Program-made: the position numbers and the translations under genes
From: Corallochytrium limacisporum Hawaii
Lineage: Eukaryota > Protista > Pluriformea
Direction of reading: 5' to 3'
Assembly: GCA_002811645.1 (NCBI GenBank)
Contig: PDIP01000031.1
Span: 1 to 64,000 of the forward strand
DNA: 64,000 bases
Shown here: positions 44,034 to 55,515 of the stretch, piece after piece
How positions within the stretch are numbered: the stretch's first letter is position 1
Layout of the letters: the number at the start of each line of letters is the position of its first letter
The notes under the pieces: model-generated
Told to the model about the DNA's origin: nothing
Seen by the model: only the letters and a program-made list of their open reading frames with translations
Databases searched by the model: none

Positions 44034-45566
44034 TTACAATGTGTATTTGCGCTCACACAGCTTCTGATCGCCACGCTTGAGGGTCACTAAGAACTCAGCG
44101 CTGCGCTTGTAGGTGGCGGCTTTGCCAACGTAGATGGTGCCGGTCAGGTTGTCTCCCTTCTTAACCTCCACAGGCTGGTCAAGATAGAGGATAGTCTGCT
44201 TCCAGTGGGTAGGAGTGGTCTCCGGGCCAGTCTCGAGAATAACTGGAACATCTTGGCCCTGTTCGAAGCTGACATCAAAATATACGCAAAGGCCAGAAAG
44301 CGTACCATCGCGCATGGTGAGCAAGTGGAAGTCTTCAAGGAAGGTCAAATCTTCTACCTCCACGGTGGACAGATCCAAATGCTTGAACATGCATTTGGAT
44401 GTGATAATCTCTCCTGCGTCCGCAACCTCAACACCGGCCTCCCCGAGTGAAACCTCCCGCATCGGGAGCATGTCGTAGCCGTACACGTCTCTCCAGTACT
44501 CAATGTTCACGTCGTACTGTACCTTATGGTCAAGACCACAAATATACATGGCGGCTTTGTCAGGCATCATAATGCCACCCTTGCGCAGCAAACGGTTGCG
44601 TGCATCGATGACGGAGTCAAACATGGACTCAAAGAGCAGCCCATAGCCCATCCATTCCGAAATGATAATGTCAACCTTTCCATCAGAGTCAGCAAAGAGA
44701 TCTGGCTTGATTTCCTCAACACTGCAGTTGTGTAGAGAAATTTTGTTGTCCTTGCCGTTGCGGGAGATGATTTCCTTGGCAAGGCGGGCAATACCCGAGT
44801 TATCAATGGCGTGCACGCACCGGGCGCCGGCATCGGCAGCAAACAGGCTAAGGATAGAAGTTCCGCAGCCAACATCAAGCACAACCTTTCCCTGGCATAT
44901 TCCAGGACCCTTGATAGCGTCACGGTATGCATCCGTACGGACCGCGTCCTGGAGCATGGCACGATGTATGACACTGTTATTGTAGCTTTCAAAGTAGGCG
45001 TCCGGATCGGATCCCTCGTTATTCTTCTCGGTGATCCCCGTCACTTTGCTGTTCTGCTCGATGGTCTCTGCCACATCTACAGACTGAGCGGCATTGTTCT
45101 CTACGGATTTCATCATGTCCTCTGCGCCCGCACGCCTCAGCCCCTGGACAACCGCTTCCAGCCGCTGAATTTCCTCCTGGGCCGCCAGCAGCTCGTGTTG
45201 TAGATTGGTATATACCGTTTCTTCATTTAGGTCGGCTTCCTCCTCAAACTCGTCGTCAATGAACAGCAATGCATCGTCCTCCAGAAGGGGCCTTAGATAC
45301 TCTTCTTTGCCGTGGAATGTTTCCACAGAAATTGCTCCTGCTGGCTTTTCCTTGCGCAGGTAATTGATGAAGCAAATCCAGTCGTAGTCATTTAACTCAT
45401 TATGCCATTTTCGCAGGTCTATTGAATGAGAGTCTTTGGTGTGTTCCTGCACGCCATTGATCTGCTGAAAAGCTGCATCGCATACGGGACAGATGAAACT
45501 ACGATCTCCTTCCTCGTCCTGCCAGTCATCGTAATTATTGTCTTCCGAACCCGAGTCTGAATCCAT
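44034..45566 (-). CDS. PRMT3: Protein arginine N-methyltransferase 3 (C2H2 zinc finger + type I PRMT)
   Basis: CPVC…H…H finger, ICFINYLR, YLRPLLEDDALL, MLQDAVRT, VLDVGCGT, IISEWMGY, THWKQT. First ATG at 45566 (the track start is GTG). Confidence 0.93.
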   Translation of the reverse strand: MDSDSGSEDNNYDDWQDEEGDRSFICPVCDAAFQQINGVQEHTKDSHSIDLRKWHNELNDYDWICFINYLRKEKPAGAISVETFHGKEEYLRPLLEDDALLFIDDEFEEEADLNEETVYTNLQHELLAAQEEIQRLEAVVQGLRRAGAEDMMKSVENNAAQSVDVAETIEQNSKVTGITEKNNEGSDPDAYFESYNNSVIHRAMLQDAVRTDAYRDAIKGPGICQGKVVLDVGCGTSILSLFAADAGARCVHAIDNSGIARLAKEIISRNGKDNKISLHNCSVEEIKPDLFADSDGKVDIIISEWMGYGLLFESMFDSVIDARNRLLRKGGIMMPDKAAMYICGLDHKVQYDVNIEYWRDVYGYDMLPMREVSLGEAGVEVADAGEIITSKCMFKHLDLSTVEVEDLTFLEDFHLLTMRDGTLSGLCVYFDVSFEQGQDVPVILETGPETTPTHWKQTILYLDQPVEVKKGDNLTGTIYVGKAATYKRSAEFLVTLKRGDQKLCERKYTL

Positions 45567-47311
45567 GATTCCCAACGCTGTAACGGTGTTTCTGCGCACG
45601 ATAGCGCAGGGTTTGTTGAATTATAGACGAAATACACACGAGGTCTCTTGTACCCAAGCATAAGCACGTGAAATCTAGTGTTATCCACACTCTACAACTC
45701 CACCACTCATCGCAAAATCTTCAGCATTGGAATTGGACGGGTAGTGTGAGCGCTGGGTGTACTCGCAAGCGCCCACCACCTAGCCCCCCCCCTTTGCTAC
45801 ACGCGGGTTCTAACCCACCCTGGCGGTGCGGCGCCTATAGGAGTCCATTTTGGATGCGTTACAGAGCCGTTAGGCGGGTTCGCAGAAATCCAAGTGCACG
45901 GAACGGCCCGGTCCGGTGTTTTCCAACCGGTGCGGACAGCTGGCACACCGGTGCCAGCTGAAAAATTCTGTTCGTGCTCACCCTGTTTCACAGGCAAATA
46001 GACCAGAGTGGTGGTACGTTTCAACGGTATAGGCGTGGCCAGCAGTTTTTGAATCGATCCCGAAACCCTGAACCCTCTCGTCAATAGTTATTTCCCCGGA
46101 AGCTCCCCAACAAGATCTCAGAGGAAAGGGCGAAGTTTGTACTGCACGGATAGCACATGCGCAAGGTTCACAAATGCCGTTCGCAGTGGGATCGACCCTC
46201 CACCGCTTCGGGAAGGGTTTAGTACCGACCACCCTATACACTCGTGCACGGGACGGAGGATTTTGTTAGGGGAACTGGTTCCGCTTCGTGTATGTAGTGT
46301 GAGACCATACTTGACTAGTCCGTGGTCGTCCATTGCGTGACGATCTCGCGGCTCTTCGCCATTGCTATATCGTACGCTTTGGATATCTACCTGCCGAAGA
46401 TTGTGCAGGGCAATGTTGCCTTACACACATCCGGATTTGGATATGAAGTGTTTTGGTTGCGACTTCCCATTGCGAGAGTTTTTGCTTTTTTTTTTTTCTT
46501 CTTTTCATTCCCTCGTTTGACGTCGCCCCNNNNNNNNNNNNNNNNNNNNNNNNNNNNNNNNNNNNNNNNNNNNNNNNNNNNNNNNNNNNNNNNNNNNNNN
46601 NNNNNNNNNNNNNNNNNNNNNNNNNNNNNNNNNNNNNNNNNNNNNNNNNNNNNNNNNNNNNNNNNNNNNNNNNNNNNNNNNNNNNNNNNNNNNNNNNNNN
46701 NNNNNNNNNNNNNNNNNNNNNNNNNNNNNNNNNNNNNNNNNNNNNNNNNGGGGGGGGGGTGGGGGCTTATCCTCACACCGGCAAATTTCAAGAGAAATCA
46801 CTCGCCGTGGCCTGTGATTTTAGGTACCACTCCCATAGCGAATAATAATAGTAGCTGGTATACCGGGGTACCTGGAGGAAAGCAGAGGAGATGTGTTGAT
46901 TGGGTGTGGAGGAGCAGTTTGGGTCCGGGGTGGGGTCCGTCGGGAAGCCGAGCGGGCATCGGATGGCAGGAATTTTGCAGCCCCAAGTCTCCGCAGCGAC
47001 GCTGTTAGGAAAGGAAGCGCTTTCAAGCACCTTTGATTTTGGGTCTGCCTGTGGCTGAATTCTGTGGTTTCCAGGGGTGCTCACGACCCAAGCTGGACAG
47101 TGTAAAATGAGTTTCAGCAGGATGTTAGTCGTCTGACTACGGATTTGATTTTTAAAGGTAGATGAGAAGGCACTCAGTTTAAGCTGGCTCTCTTGTCAAG
47201 CAGATGGTGAAATAGCGACCACGGAAACTTTGAAGTAGAAAGAAAATACCACACAGTAAAGAATGACAGTGACCAACAGAATAGACCAGGGATTAAATTA
47301 AATCTAACAAA

Positions 47312-48418
47312 ATGGACCCAGAAGAATGTCAAGCGCGGCAGGAGGAGCCGCGAGAACAAGAGTCAGAACAGTGGTACTGGTGCCATGTGTGCAATAAGAG
47401 AGTACAGCTACAGGGGGACCATTTCGCATGTCCAGACTGCAATGACTCTTTCCTAGAGGAAGTGGAGGGTGTAGGTTCGAACGAACAAGCAGAGAATGAT
47501 GAAGATGATAGTGATAGTGAAGCCGATGGCCCAGTTGGTGCATTTGCCCGGGGACTCGGAGCCCTGCTGGGCAATACTGAAGGGATAGATGTCCAACCAG
47601 TGGATACTGGAGATGGACATCAAGGCGCTCAAGTGCAGGTCACTATTGAAGCTCTTGGTCGACTTCTGGGAGTCCTTTCTGATAGGTCCTCGGACAGTAC
47701 CAACAGACCCAACACTCGCAGTAGTACCCGCAGTACCCGCAGTAGCACTCGGCACGCTCGGCAAAGTGTACCGGAATCACATGAAGGACGAGTGTCTGAA
47801 GATCGGAGACCGCATTCTGCAGGTTCAGGGGATGATTTAGTCGCGGAAGTTGTTGATCATGTTGACAACGAGGATGAGCTCGGGCTGGGCCACGACGAAG
47901 AGAATGACGGCGACAACGAAGTGGCGGACGGCAGCGAGACCGGTCCCCTTCCAGGTAATCCTGGAGATACGTTTTCGGACATTCTCATGCGATTTCTGCA
48001 GGCAGCACTGGCACAAAACAGCTCAGGCCGTGGTAATTCTGGGCGTTTGCCTCCCGGTTTGGAACTCTTTTCCATGTACGGCAGTCCGGAGGACTATGCA
48101 TGGGGCCCGAATGGCATGGATGAGATCATCAGTCGACTCATGGAACAAGCACCGAACCAGGGACCACCACCGGCCAGCGAGGACGCTATCAATGCATTGC
48201 CAGAGATGCTCTACACCGAGAAGCATAGGGAACAGGGATGGGACGAGTGCCCGGTGTGCCGGGATACCTTTGAGTTGCAAGCAAGGTTGAGACACTTGCC
48301 TTGCCAGCACTTTTTCCATTTTGAGTGCATCAAGTCATGGTTGATCGTGCACGGTACATGTCCTGTGTGTCGGGTGTCGTTGGAAGATCAGGGGTCGACC
48401 ACGCAATCATCACAGTAG
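47312..48418 (+). CDS. RNF126/RNF115-like RING-H2 E3 ubiquitin ligase
   Basis: N-terminal zinc ribbon YWCHVC…CPDCNDSFLEE, DYAWG…MDEIISRL, GPPPAS, RING-H2 CPVC…LPCQHFFH…C…W…CPVCR. Confidence 0.92.
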   Translation: MDPEECQARQEEPREQESEQWYWCHVCNKRVQLQGDHFACPDCNDSFLEEVEGVGSNEQAENDEDDSDSEADGPVGAFARGLGALLGNTEGIDVQPVDTGDGHQGAQVQVTIEALGRLLGVLSDRSSDSTNRPNTRSSTRSTRSSTRHARQSVPESHEGRVSEDRRPHSAGSGDDLVAEVVDHVDNEDELGLGHDEENDGDNEVADGSETGPLPGNPGDTFSDILMRFLQAALAQNSSGRGNSGRLPPGLELFSMYGSPEDYAWGPNGMDEIISRLMEQAPNQGPPPASEDAINALPEMLYTEKHREQGWDECPVCRDTFELQARLRHLPCQHFFHFECIKSWLIVHGTCPVCRVSLEDQGSTTQSSQ

Positions 48419-48532
48419 CTTAGCCGAGGCCACAGTGGGACATCCTTCTTGAGCAACCGATATTAATTTCTGTATTGACACATATAACTCTAGACACTTT
48501 TAGTAATTCATTTCTCGCGGTTTTTCTTTGTG

Positions 48533-49837
48533 TTACTGTACGGCAATGTGCTGCCTGCGCGCAATGCCTTCTTTGTCCTTCTTGTTCTTTGCCAACGCCC
48601 TACGTGACGATGACATTGAAGTCCGATTCGTGCGATGGTGTTCGTTGTTCGGAGTCCACGGGCCGAGGGATTCATTTGCGTAGAAGTCCATTGGGTATAC
48701 CTCCTGCCATGGGATAACACCCATGGCCACGTTCAGTTCGTATGGGCTCAGCAAGGGCTTCGGAAAGGCATAGCCCCAGTCAATGCTCAACCTGGGGCAC
48801 GCAACCTGAACCCAGGCATCCACCCCGGCGAATAGTTCCAATTTGTCCGGAAAAATCTCCGAAAGCAAAACAGTCACGCATTCCCGTCCAGTGCTTTCGA
48901 TTGACGTACGAAGAGAATCCGCGACGACCGGCGCACCTTGGCGTCCGAGTGTACCGAGAATGATTCCGATCGTCTTGGCAGACCGAGCCCTGGTGATGGC
49001 TTCTCTGCGCAGCTTGTGCATTTCAACATGTTCGTAACCTTCCCGGGTCAATTCCTTGCCGTAGGGGTCGTAGCGATACGCATCCAGCTGCGGATTGCTG
49101 ATCATGATGCTTTCCAGATGAAAGCGTCCATCTCCCACGAAAAGAATGCACGTGGGCTTAGAGTCTTCGAAGGAAAGCTTCGGGCTCGTGCACCCCAAAA
49201 TCTCCCCTGGAGAAAGTGGTTTGGACTGCGGAATCACAATTTCATAATGTTTAGTCAGCTCCTGCTTCAGCCCAAAGAGGGCGGTGGTGAACTGAACCGT
49301 GCTCACAAGAACAATCCTCTGTCCTGCTGGGAAATTGCTACGTACCGTCTGCATTAGATGGTTGACATCCACACCAATATCGACAAACACGTAGAGCATT
49401 GCAAGACCCTGGCGCATCTGGGTATCAACTGGGATCAAACAACTGTGTCCGTAGTGAACAAGCAGATCGCAGCCCAATGCGCGCGCCGTATAGTCGTCCA
49501 CGCAGCACGCGCCATAGACCGCATCTCCCATGATCAGCACCTGCTCTACATCAGTGAAGCGTTCGATAATATCCGCAATCGCGCATGCAAACAGAAGCAA
49601 GCCTTCTGGCATTTGCAATCCAATGGTCTTTGCGTTCTCACATCGTACCCGCCAGATTGTCTTTTCAATTTCGAAATTGTAGTTGCTTGGGAGCGCCTTT
49701 TTGGCAGCCTGTATCGCTGGATCTGTGTAAAGCTCTGGTGAAACTTGAGTAACAACCGCCCGATTTCTCGTTCGTGTTGGTCTACGTGCACGGGTCTTGG
49801 CTACTGCCGTCTGTGCTGATGGCGCTGTTTCTTCCAT
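48533..49837 (-). CDS. DPH1: Diphthamide biosynthesis protein 1 (2-(3-amino-3-carboxypropyl)histidine synthase)
   Basis: [69 protein letters not shown]. First ATG at 49837. Confidence 0.97.
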   Translation of the reverse strand: MEETAPSAQTAVAKTRARRPTRTRNRAVVTQVSPELYTDPAIQAAKKALPSNYNFEIEKTIWRVRCENAKTIGLQMPEGLLLFACAIADIIERFTDVEQVLIMGDAVYGACCVDDYTARALGCDLLVHYGHSCLIPVDTQMRQGLAMLYVFVDIGVDVNHLMQTVRSNFPAGQRIVLVSTVQFTTALFGLKQELTKHYEIVIPQSKPLSPGEILGCTSPKLSFEDSKPTCILFVGDGRFHLESIMISNPQLDAYRYDPYGKELTREGYEHVEMHKLRREAITRARSAKTIGIILGTLGRQGAPVVADSLRTSIESTGRECVTVLLSEIFPDKLELFAGVDAWVQVACPRLSIDWGYAFPKPLLSPYELNVAMGVIPWQEVYPMDFYANESLGPWTPNNEHHRTNRTSMSSSRRALAKNKKDKEGIARRQHIAVQ

Positions 49838-50364
49838 GATGCAGGCCCAGGATGTATCCAGCTTCAAGCGACTACTATCTCTATACCTCAACGTTTTATT
49901 CACCTCAATTTCTTTCTCCGCGCACAGATCACATTGAATATATGGTTGGTGAGCTGGTCACTTTATTCAATTATTCATCTGTTTGAAAAGAATTCCATTT
50001 CCACCGTGCCGCCCCGAGTACCTCCACACTGCTCTAGTCCTGATCCGGCAGCACACGCATGGACCGGGCGTGCACGGGAATTCCCGACCCCCCCCCCTTC
50101 GCACCCGCTCCCTCCCCTCCGCCCGTGGTGTTTAAATTGTGGCGGGTGAACAAGCGTTCGGAGGTGATTGTGTTGGGAGCACTGGGAGGCACACACGGTC
50201 GGGGTCCCAAAACCCGCCCGCGGATCTCCCCACCTTTGCGTTGGCCGTGAGGCCGAGAAAGGCCAAGTTCCTGGTGGCCCTCCGATGGTCATACATAGCT
50301 AATGTGGTTCCTAGCGCTTATATTTTAAAGTGGTCACATGTCGATGTTCGCAGTTTCCACTTGG

Positions 50365-53300
50365 TTAGTTGTAGTCAACTTTGAGCATGTTGACAAAGTC
50401 CACTGTAGAAGCATTGGTGGCCTCCACTTGCTGACTCGCTGCCTCAGTGAATTTCGCATCCCATTCGACAAGCGTGCGCAGAACAATGTCTCCGCTTTCC
50501 TTGCGGGTGTACGTTTTGCTGCTCTTGGCCTTATCCGAAATGGTGCGAGTCGCACCCCAAGAGAAGTCGTCCATATGCCAAAGGGCGTACAGCGGAAGCA
50601 CGAAGTAGAAAATCGGGGTTGCTATCATGTTAAACATCATCCATTTGAGGACGTCAAAGCTGCGACTCTTCAGTAGTGCTGTCAACATAACTACACCGGT
50701 GACACCACCAATGAAGATCAGAGCCATCCATGGCACTGTGCCCCCCGCGATGATGGAATCCAAGAAGAGATAGAGACCAAACAGCAGGGAGAAGGGCAGG
50801 GTGAACGCGGACATGAGATCCACAAAGACCACAGTCTTCATGCCGAGAGGGCCATAGCCGCAGAGATGAGGACAGAACATCAGAACGCTGAGATTGTGAA
50901 GAGTAGAGTTGATCCAGCGTCGGCGCTGGCTCAACAGAACCGGGAAACTGTCGGGCACGACTGTGTGGCAGTACGGTTCACCGGTAAAGCGCAGGGTGCT
51001 CTTGGGGAAGTACCACAACAGCAGGGTGGTAAGGTAGCGATCTTCCCCAAGGGAGAAGAGGTTCTTGTCATGCAGGGTGTTCACATCGTACACACTGTAC
51101 TCACGAAGGATGCGATCATCACAGTAGATGGGCACCTCGCCTCGATGATTCACCTCCTCACCAGGTTCTCCAGGTCGTTTGATTCTGTACATGGAATAGC
51201 ATCCCGGTAGACAAGTAACCTTGCCAAAGAAGCTTTCGAACGCCTTTGAAACGTTCTGCGAATAGAAGTATTCGAAGACTTGAATTGCGGTAACCCAACT
51301 GTCATTTGGGTTCCGCACTCGAGTTTCTCCGGCCACACCGATGGTACCTGGCTTGCTTTCACAGATTGCCACCAGGCCGTTCAGCGCAGTCTCACCCAGT
51401 TCGGTGTCGGCATCAACAGCCAACAGATAGTCAAATGAGTACGGATTGATGCGAAGCTCGTGACGAAGCGCACGGTAGATTTCATACTCTAGGGGCGCCA
51501 TTGGTCGATTGTACAGCAGTCGATTCATGTAACGGATAAGAATGACCTGGGAATCGCGCTTGCCACGGTTGCCAGCTTTGAATGTCTCCCAGCGGTATCC
51601 ACTCTTGATGATGACCAGGTAGGGCATGGTACGTTGGCCACGGCGGAAGACGCCACTGACAACCTTGGCTCTGTTGTACCGCATAGCTGGATCTGCGCTG
51701 ACGGCATCATAAGCGTAGGATGGTACTTGAGTACGTTCCTCAGGATTATCATTCTTGTACCCAAGAATATCCAAAACAATCTCACTCGTTGGTTTCAAAC
51801 TGCCACCTCCTGTAACCAAACCATCACAAATGACCACCAACACACGCTTCCGGTCTGGGTACAAGAGCTCCGCCGTTGAGAAGATGGTACGTTCAAGCTC
51901 TTCTTCGCTCTCAGAGTAGCATGTGACCTGGCACATGACATACTTTCTTTGCATTTCTTGGGCCTTGGGAATCAGGGCAGCCAGGCCAACAAACGATTTG
52001 AACAGTGTAAAACCAAGAACCAAAAAGGTTAGAATCGTCAGTGCAATGGATTGACCCTCGCAAGCTACGTTGAGAGTTTCATTGAGTAAGCTTCCCACCC
52101 GGAATTGTACATCCAGACATTCTTTGACAGCTGCCAAGGTAGGATCCTCTTTGAAAATCTGTGTCACCACCTGTTCCTGATAACTGACGTCCTCAGTGGG
52201 AGACAGAGAACTGATCCGATCTACAATCCGTTTGTTGAACAGTGCAGGGAAATACCGTTCATTGGTAGTGTACTTTGAAATGTCATACACGACATCCTCG
52301 TAAGCAATGTACATGTCACCGATGCTGCGGTGTAACGTGAGATCAGTTTTCGCCATCACAAATGAACCAACTTTGAAACCGTCGATGGCGGTAATATCAA
52401 TATCTGTGTGACAGGATTCAACGGTCACACTGGTCTGGCCGTCTTCACTGGTTAGCTTGCACAAGGCTTCACGATCCACCTGTCCTGCCCCCTGGGAGTA
52501 ACCACTGATCTCCTCTTCAATCGGGTCCAAGACAGAACTACGGCGTCTTCTTGTGGCATCAAGAGAAGCAAATGCAGACGTCGCATCTGAACCACGCAAT
52601 TGGGTACCTGGTACAGCAGGTGCAATATTCACAAGAGTATAGACCCCGGCAGTCCGTGTTGAGATGGCCCTGGCAGCATTTTCAAACTCTATGCAAGATG
52701 TGGATGATGTCAAAGAAAGAGGATCATATCGCTGAAAAAGATCACTAATTACCATGCCATTCAATGCGTCAAGAGCGTCTGTGACGTCCACATTACCAGG
52801 GTGCTCCCAGCCTGTCAGATCGTACACATCACCATTGATTATGTAGACACGATTGGATGAACGTGAGAGCTCGTACACCTCTGCCAAAGACACTTCAGTT
52901 CCTTTCAGAGCATCACAGACCAACAAACGAGCACCCAGAACAACGAAGACAAGAGTGCTGGAGATCAGAACAGCAATGAAGCACAGAAGAACTTTTTCTC
53001 TCCATGCCACAAATTGATCTTTTGTCTTTAGATTTGTTGTCTTCCGCAGTACAATATCTGGAATGAAGAACGTCACCGTGTTTGCTAAGCCCACCCAAAT
53101 CTTTCGCTTCCAGGTCCGTGGTTTTGAAATGTAGACATCCTTCTGCGGCTCCGCGTACGTCTCCTTCACTCCCTTTTCGTGCTGCTCATCTTGATTCTCA
53201 ATCGTCTTACCTTCTTCAGGGGTTGTGGCATGCGGCAAGACTGTGGTGATGTCTGTGGTATCCTCAGATTCTGTGCTTGCTGCTTTCGGAGCCATCTCAC

Positions 53301-55515
53301 CCATCAAATTCATGGTGCGCATTCGATTGCGGATAGCTAGAATATCAAGATCATGATCGTTCATATCTTCATCATTGTCATCAAATGCAAGAAGATCGGT
53401 TGAGAGCGCCAGTCTTATCGGCGCGTCTGCGATATCTTGAACGGACGCTAACACGTGTGCTTTTGATATACATAGCTCTACCAATGCATTCAGGGACCGG
53501 TAGAGAATGCCATCCATTGCCGGAATCTTGGTAGTGCACACGTTCACAAAAAGACACCCAGCATGAGTGGACTCCAATGTCTTCTGAATTGCCTCCCTCC
53601 CAGTTACAATGGCTTTCACATCCTTGCCCTGGATAGAGGAAATCGATTTCATGATAGAAGACACACTCTGTGATATGATTTCAAAAGCACTGTGTTCATC
53701 TTCCTTTACCACGTACAGGCCGTCCCTAACAAGGTCATACACCAAAGGATCTCCTTTGTGGGAGCTCTTCACTGTGGTATGACCCTTAGCTGGGGTTCCG
53801 AAATAGTGACCAACAATACCCTCTCGCACGACATGCATGGCCAATTCTTCAGCGCATATGTCTCCGCTGTTGATTCCTACTTGTTTCTTATTGGATCCTG
53901 ATTTGCTGAAAAGTGCACATCCAGCTGCCAATTCGTACTTATCCAAATCGGCCTGTGTTACCAGAGACCAAGTAGATTGCTGTTTCTTCGAGCACACTGC
54001 GGATTGCGTGGCGGCCTCCATGTAGTCAGATATTCTGGATGCCAGCTCTAACTGGTTTTTTGCCCAAGACTTTTCCTCTCCCGTAGGATCTAGAGATTTT
54101 AAGCACTGTGCATGCAGTGTGGCCTCCATGCCTAGAGCAATAAGTAGATCCTTTCCAGACATGCTCTCCTTGTCCACCCTCTCCGTATGGTTGTGAGGAG
54201 TACAGAGAGCTCTGACTGTGAATTTTCTTCCGACATCATCGCGTAGAGTGGCCTGAGAAGCCGTATTCTTCTTGCTTGAAAGTCCTCGATTGATGAGAGC
54301 AAATAGTCTCCCAATCATCCCTTCATATATGCTCATGGCAAGTGCTTGCTTTCTGCGGATCGCATCTACAAATGGTGTCAAGTAAAGAATATCATCATCA
54401 GTCTCCTTTCCACGACCAGACAACGCACGCTCTCGAACAGTTTCCCGAGTAAGCATGGTTTCCATAACTGATACTTCGCATTGGAAGGCACTTGCGCATT
54501 TGTACAAGGCGAGTCGATCTCTAATAGAGGACGAGCCGTCGTCCTCCATGGTCAAACTTAGGTCTGTCAATGCAGCAATCATCAGGCATGTTTTGTAGAT
54601 GTCTTCCTGCTCTTCCTCAGAGAATCCCAGGTACACCATACTACGGTGCAGTGATTTGAATCCGCAATGTGTGCTTTCATTCTGAGCCTGCGACTTGCGG
54701 CTGGTGGCTCTTTCCCAACTGTAGGGAACGTACCCGAAGTCGGACATTTCTTGCTCTTCGGAAATGGAAATTTCAGAACCAGATTTCTCATCGCCCAATG
54801 CTGTGTTCCGAATTCCCAGTGTGACAATAGGAATAATAGCTAATCTGGGAAATCCAGCGTGATCTGTCTTGTTTACATATGATGATTGCAGTGCCAGAGG
54901 CTGAAACTTAACCGCTTGCAAGAGACGGGTTCGATGGACCACTGAAATTTCATATACTACTTGGTATCCCATACATGATGATGAGGTACCATTCGATACA
55001 TAGGGACTAAGTTCCGTGAAAGCCCGGAGCACAAACACTGCCCTGAGGCTCCGGTTGGCTAACGTACAGTCAATCGATTCCAGTCCACTGGTCATCGATC
55101 CTTCTTGTAAGCGCAACAGTGGTGCAATGGAATGGGGGGTTGAATCCCGATCTGAGGTATCTTCGGTAGTGTACGCAGTGATCACATTCGCTAGCGCTAG
55201 GAAAGTTTGAGACTTTGCTCTATTGTTGTTGCCCACTACACACAGAGTTTGGTCCTCCCCGGTGCTCACACCCTGAGCAAGAATAGTCAAAATGTGATTG
55301 TAGATATGGTCCTGTTCCTCCGACGGCTCATCGAGTAGATCTTCACTTGACATGAGTTTGGGAAGCTGTGCCCGTAGGGAATTGACACCAAATGCATTTG
55401 AAATATCGTCATGATGAACTGGTGTACTTACCATAAGCGTATCATTAAGTCGTTTAAAGTTATCTAGATAGAGACCCTTCAGGGCCTCCTGGAGTCGGCC
55501 AGGGTCTTTCCCCAT
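50365..55515 (-). CDS. Division II (class V/VII-like) chitin synthase with degenerate N-terminal myosin motor-like domain and cytochrome-b5-like domains
   Basis: GT2 motifs TCYSE, CDG, GNRGKRDSQ, DADT, CLPGC, GEDRYL, QRRRWINST, MDDFSWG; AWREK; NGDVYDLT. Myosin-like remnants LGFSEEEQEDIYK and ALAMSIYEGMIGRLFALINRGL. Confidence 0.93.
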   Translation of the reverse strand: MGKDPGRLQEALKGLYLDNFKRLNDTLMVSTPVHHDDISNAFGVNSLRAQLPKLMSSEDLLDEPSEEQDHIYNHILTILAQGVSTGEDQTLCVVGNNNRAKSQTFLALANVITAYTTEDTSDRDSTPHSIAPLLRLQEGSMTSGLESIDCTLANRSLRAVFVLRAFTELSPYVSNGTSSSCMGYQVVYEISVVHRTRLLQAVKFQPLALQSSYVNKTDHAGFPRLAIIPIVTLGIRNTALGDEKSGSEISISEEQEMSDFGYVPYSWERATSRKSQAQNESTHCGFKSLHRSMVYLGFSEEEQEDIYKTCLMIAALTDLSLTMEDDGSSSIRDRLALYKCASAFQCEVSVMETMLTRETVRERALSGRGKETDDDILYLTPFVDAIRRKQALAMSIYEGMIGRLFALINRGLSSKKNTASQATLRDDVGRKFTVRALCTPHNHTERVDKESMSGKDLLIALGMEATLHAQCLKSLDPTGEEKSWAKNQLELASRISDYMEAATQSAVCSKKQQSTWSLVTQADLDKYELAAGCALFSKSGSNKKQVGINSGDICAEELAMHVVREGIVGHYFGTPAKGHTTVKSSHKGDPLVYDLVRDGLYVVKEDEHSAFEIISQSVSSIMKSISSIQGKDVKAIVTGREAIQKTLESTHAGCLFVNVCTTKIPAMDGILYRSLNALVELCISKAHVLASVQDIADAPIRLALSTDLLAFDDNDEDMNDHDLDILAIRNRMRTMNLMGEMAPKAASTESEDTTDITTVLPHATTPEEGKTIENQDEQHEKGVKETYAEPQKDVYISKPRTWKRKIWVGLANTVTFFIPDIVLRKTTNLKTKDQFVAWREKVLLCFIAVLISSTLVFVVLGARLLVCDALKGTEVSLAEVYELSRSSNRVYIINGDVYDLTGWEHPGNVDVTDALDALNGMVISDLFQRYDPLSLTSSTSCIEFENAARAISTRTAGVYTLVNIAPAVPGTQLRGSDATSAFASLDATRRRRSSVLDPIEEEISGYSQGAGQVDREALCKLTSEDGQTSVTVESCHTDIDITAIDGFKVGSFVMAKTDLTLHRSIGDMYIAYEDVVYDISKYTTNERYFPALFNKRIVDRISSLSPTEDVSYQEQVVTQIFKEDPTLAAVKECLDVQFRVGSLLNETLNVACEGQSIALTILTFLVLGFTLFKSFVGLAALIPKAQEMQRKYVMCQVTCYSESEEELERTIFSTAELLYPDRKRVLVVICDGLVTGGGSLKPTSEIVLDILGYKNDNPEERTQVPSYAYDAVSADPAMRYNRAKVVSGVFRRGQRTMPYLVIIKSGYRWETFKAGNRGKRDSQVILIRYMNRLLYNRPMAPLEYEIYRALRHELRINPYSFDYLLAVDADTELGETALNGLVAICESKPGTIGVAGETRVRNPNDSWVTAIQVFEYFYSQNVSKAFESFFGKVTCLPGCYSMYRIKRPGEPGEEVNHRGEVPIYCDDRILREYSVYDVNTLHDKNLFSLGEDRYLTTLLLWYFPKSTLRFTGEPYCHTVVPDSFPVLLSQRRRWINSTLHNLSVLMFCPHLCGYGPLGMKTVVFVDLMSAFTLPFSLLFGLYLFLDSIIAGGTVPWMALIFIGGVTGVVMLTALLKSRSFDVLKWMMFNMIATPIFYFVLPLYALWHMDDFSWGATRTISDKAKSSKTYTRKESGDIVLRTLVEWDAKFTEAASQQVEATNASTVDFVNMLKVDYN

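Noticed and set aside
15823-48418. Functional clustering of ubiquitin/ERAD genes (RING, SELENOS, USP3, RNF126)
   Set aside because: These are large, common classes interspersed with unrelated genes, so there is no evidence beyond chance.
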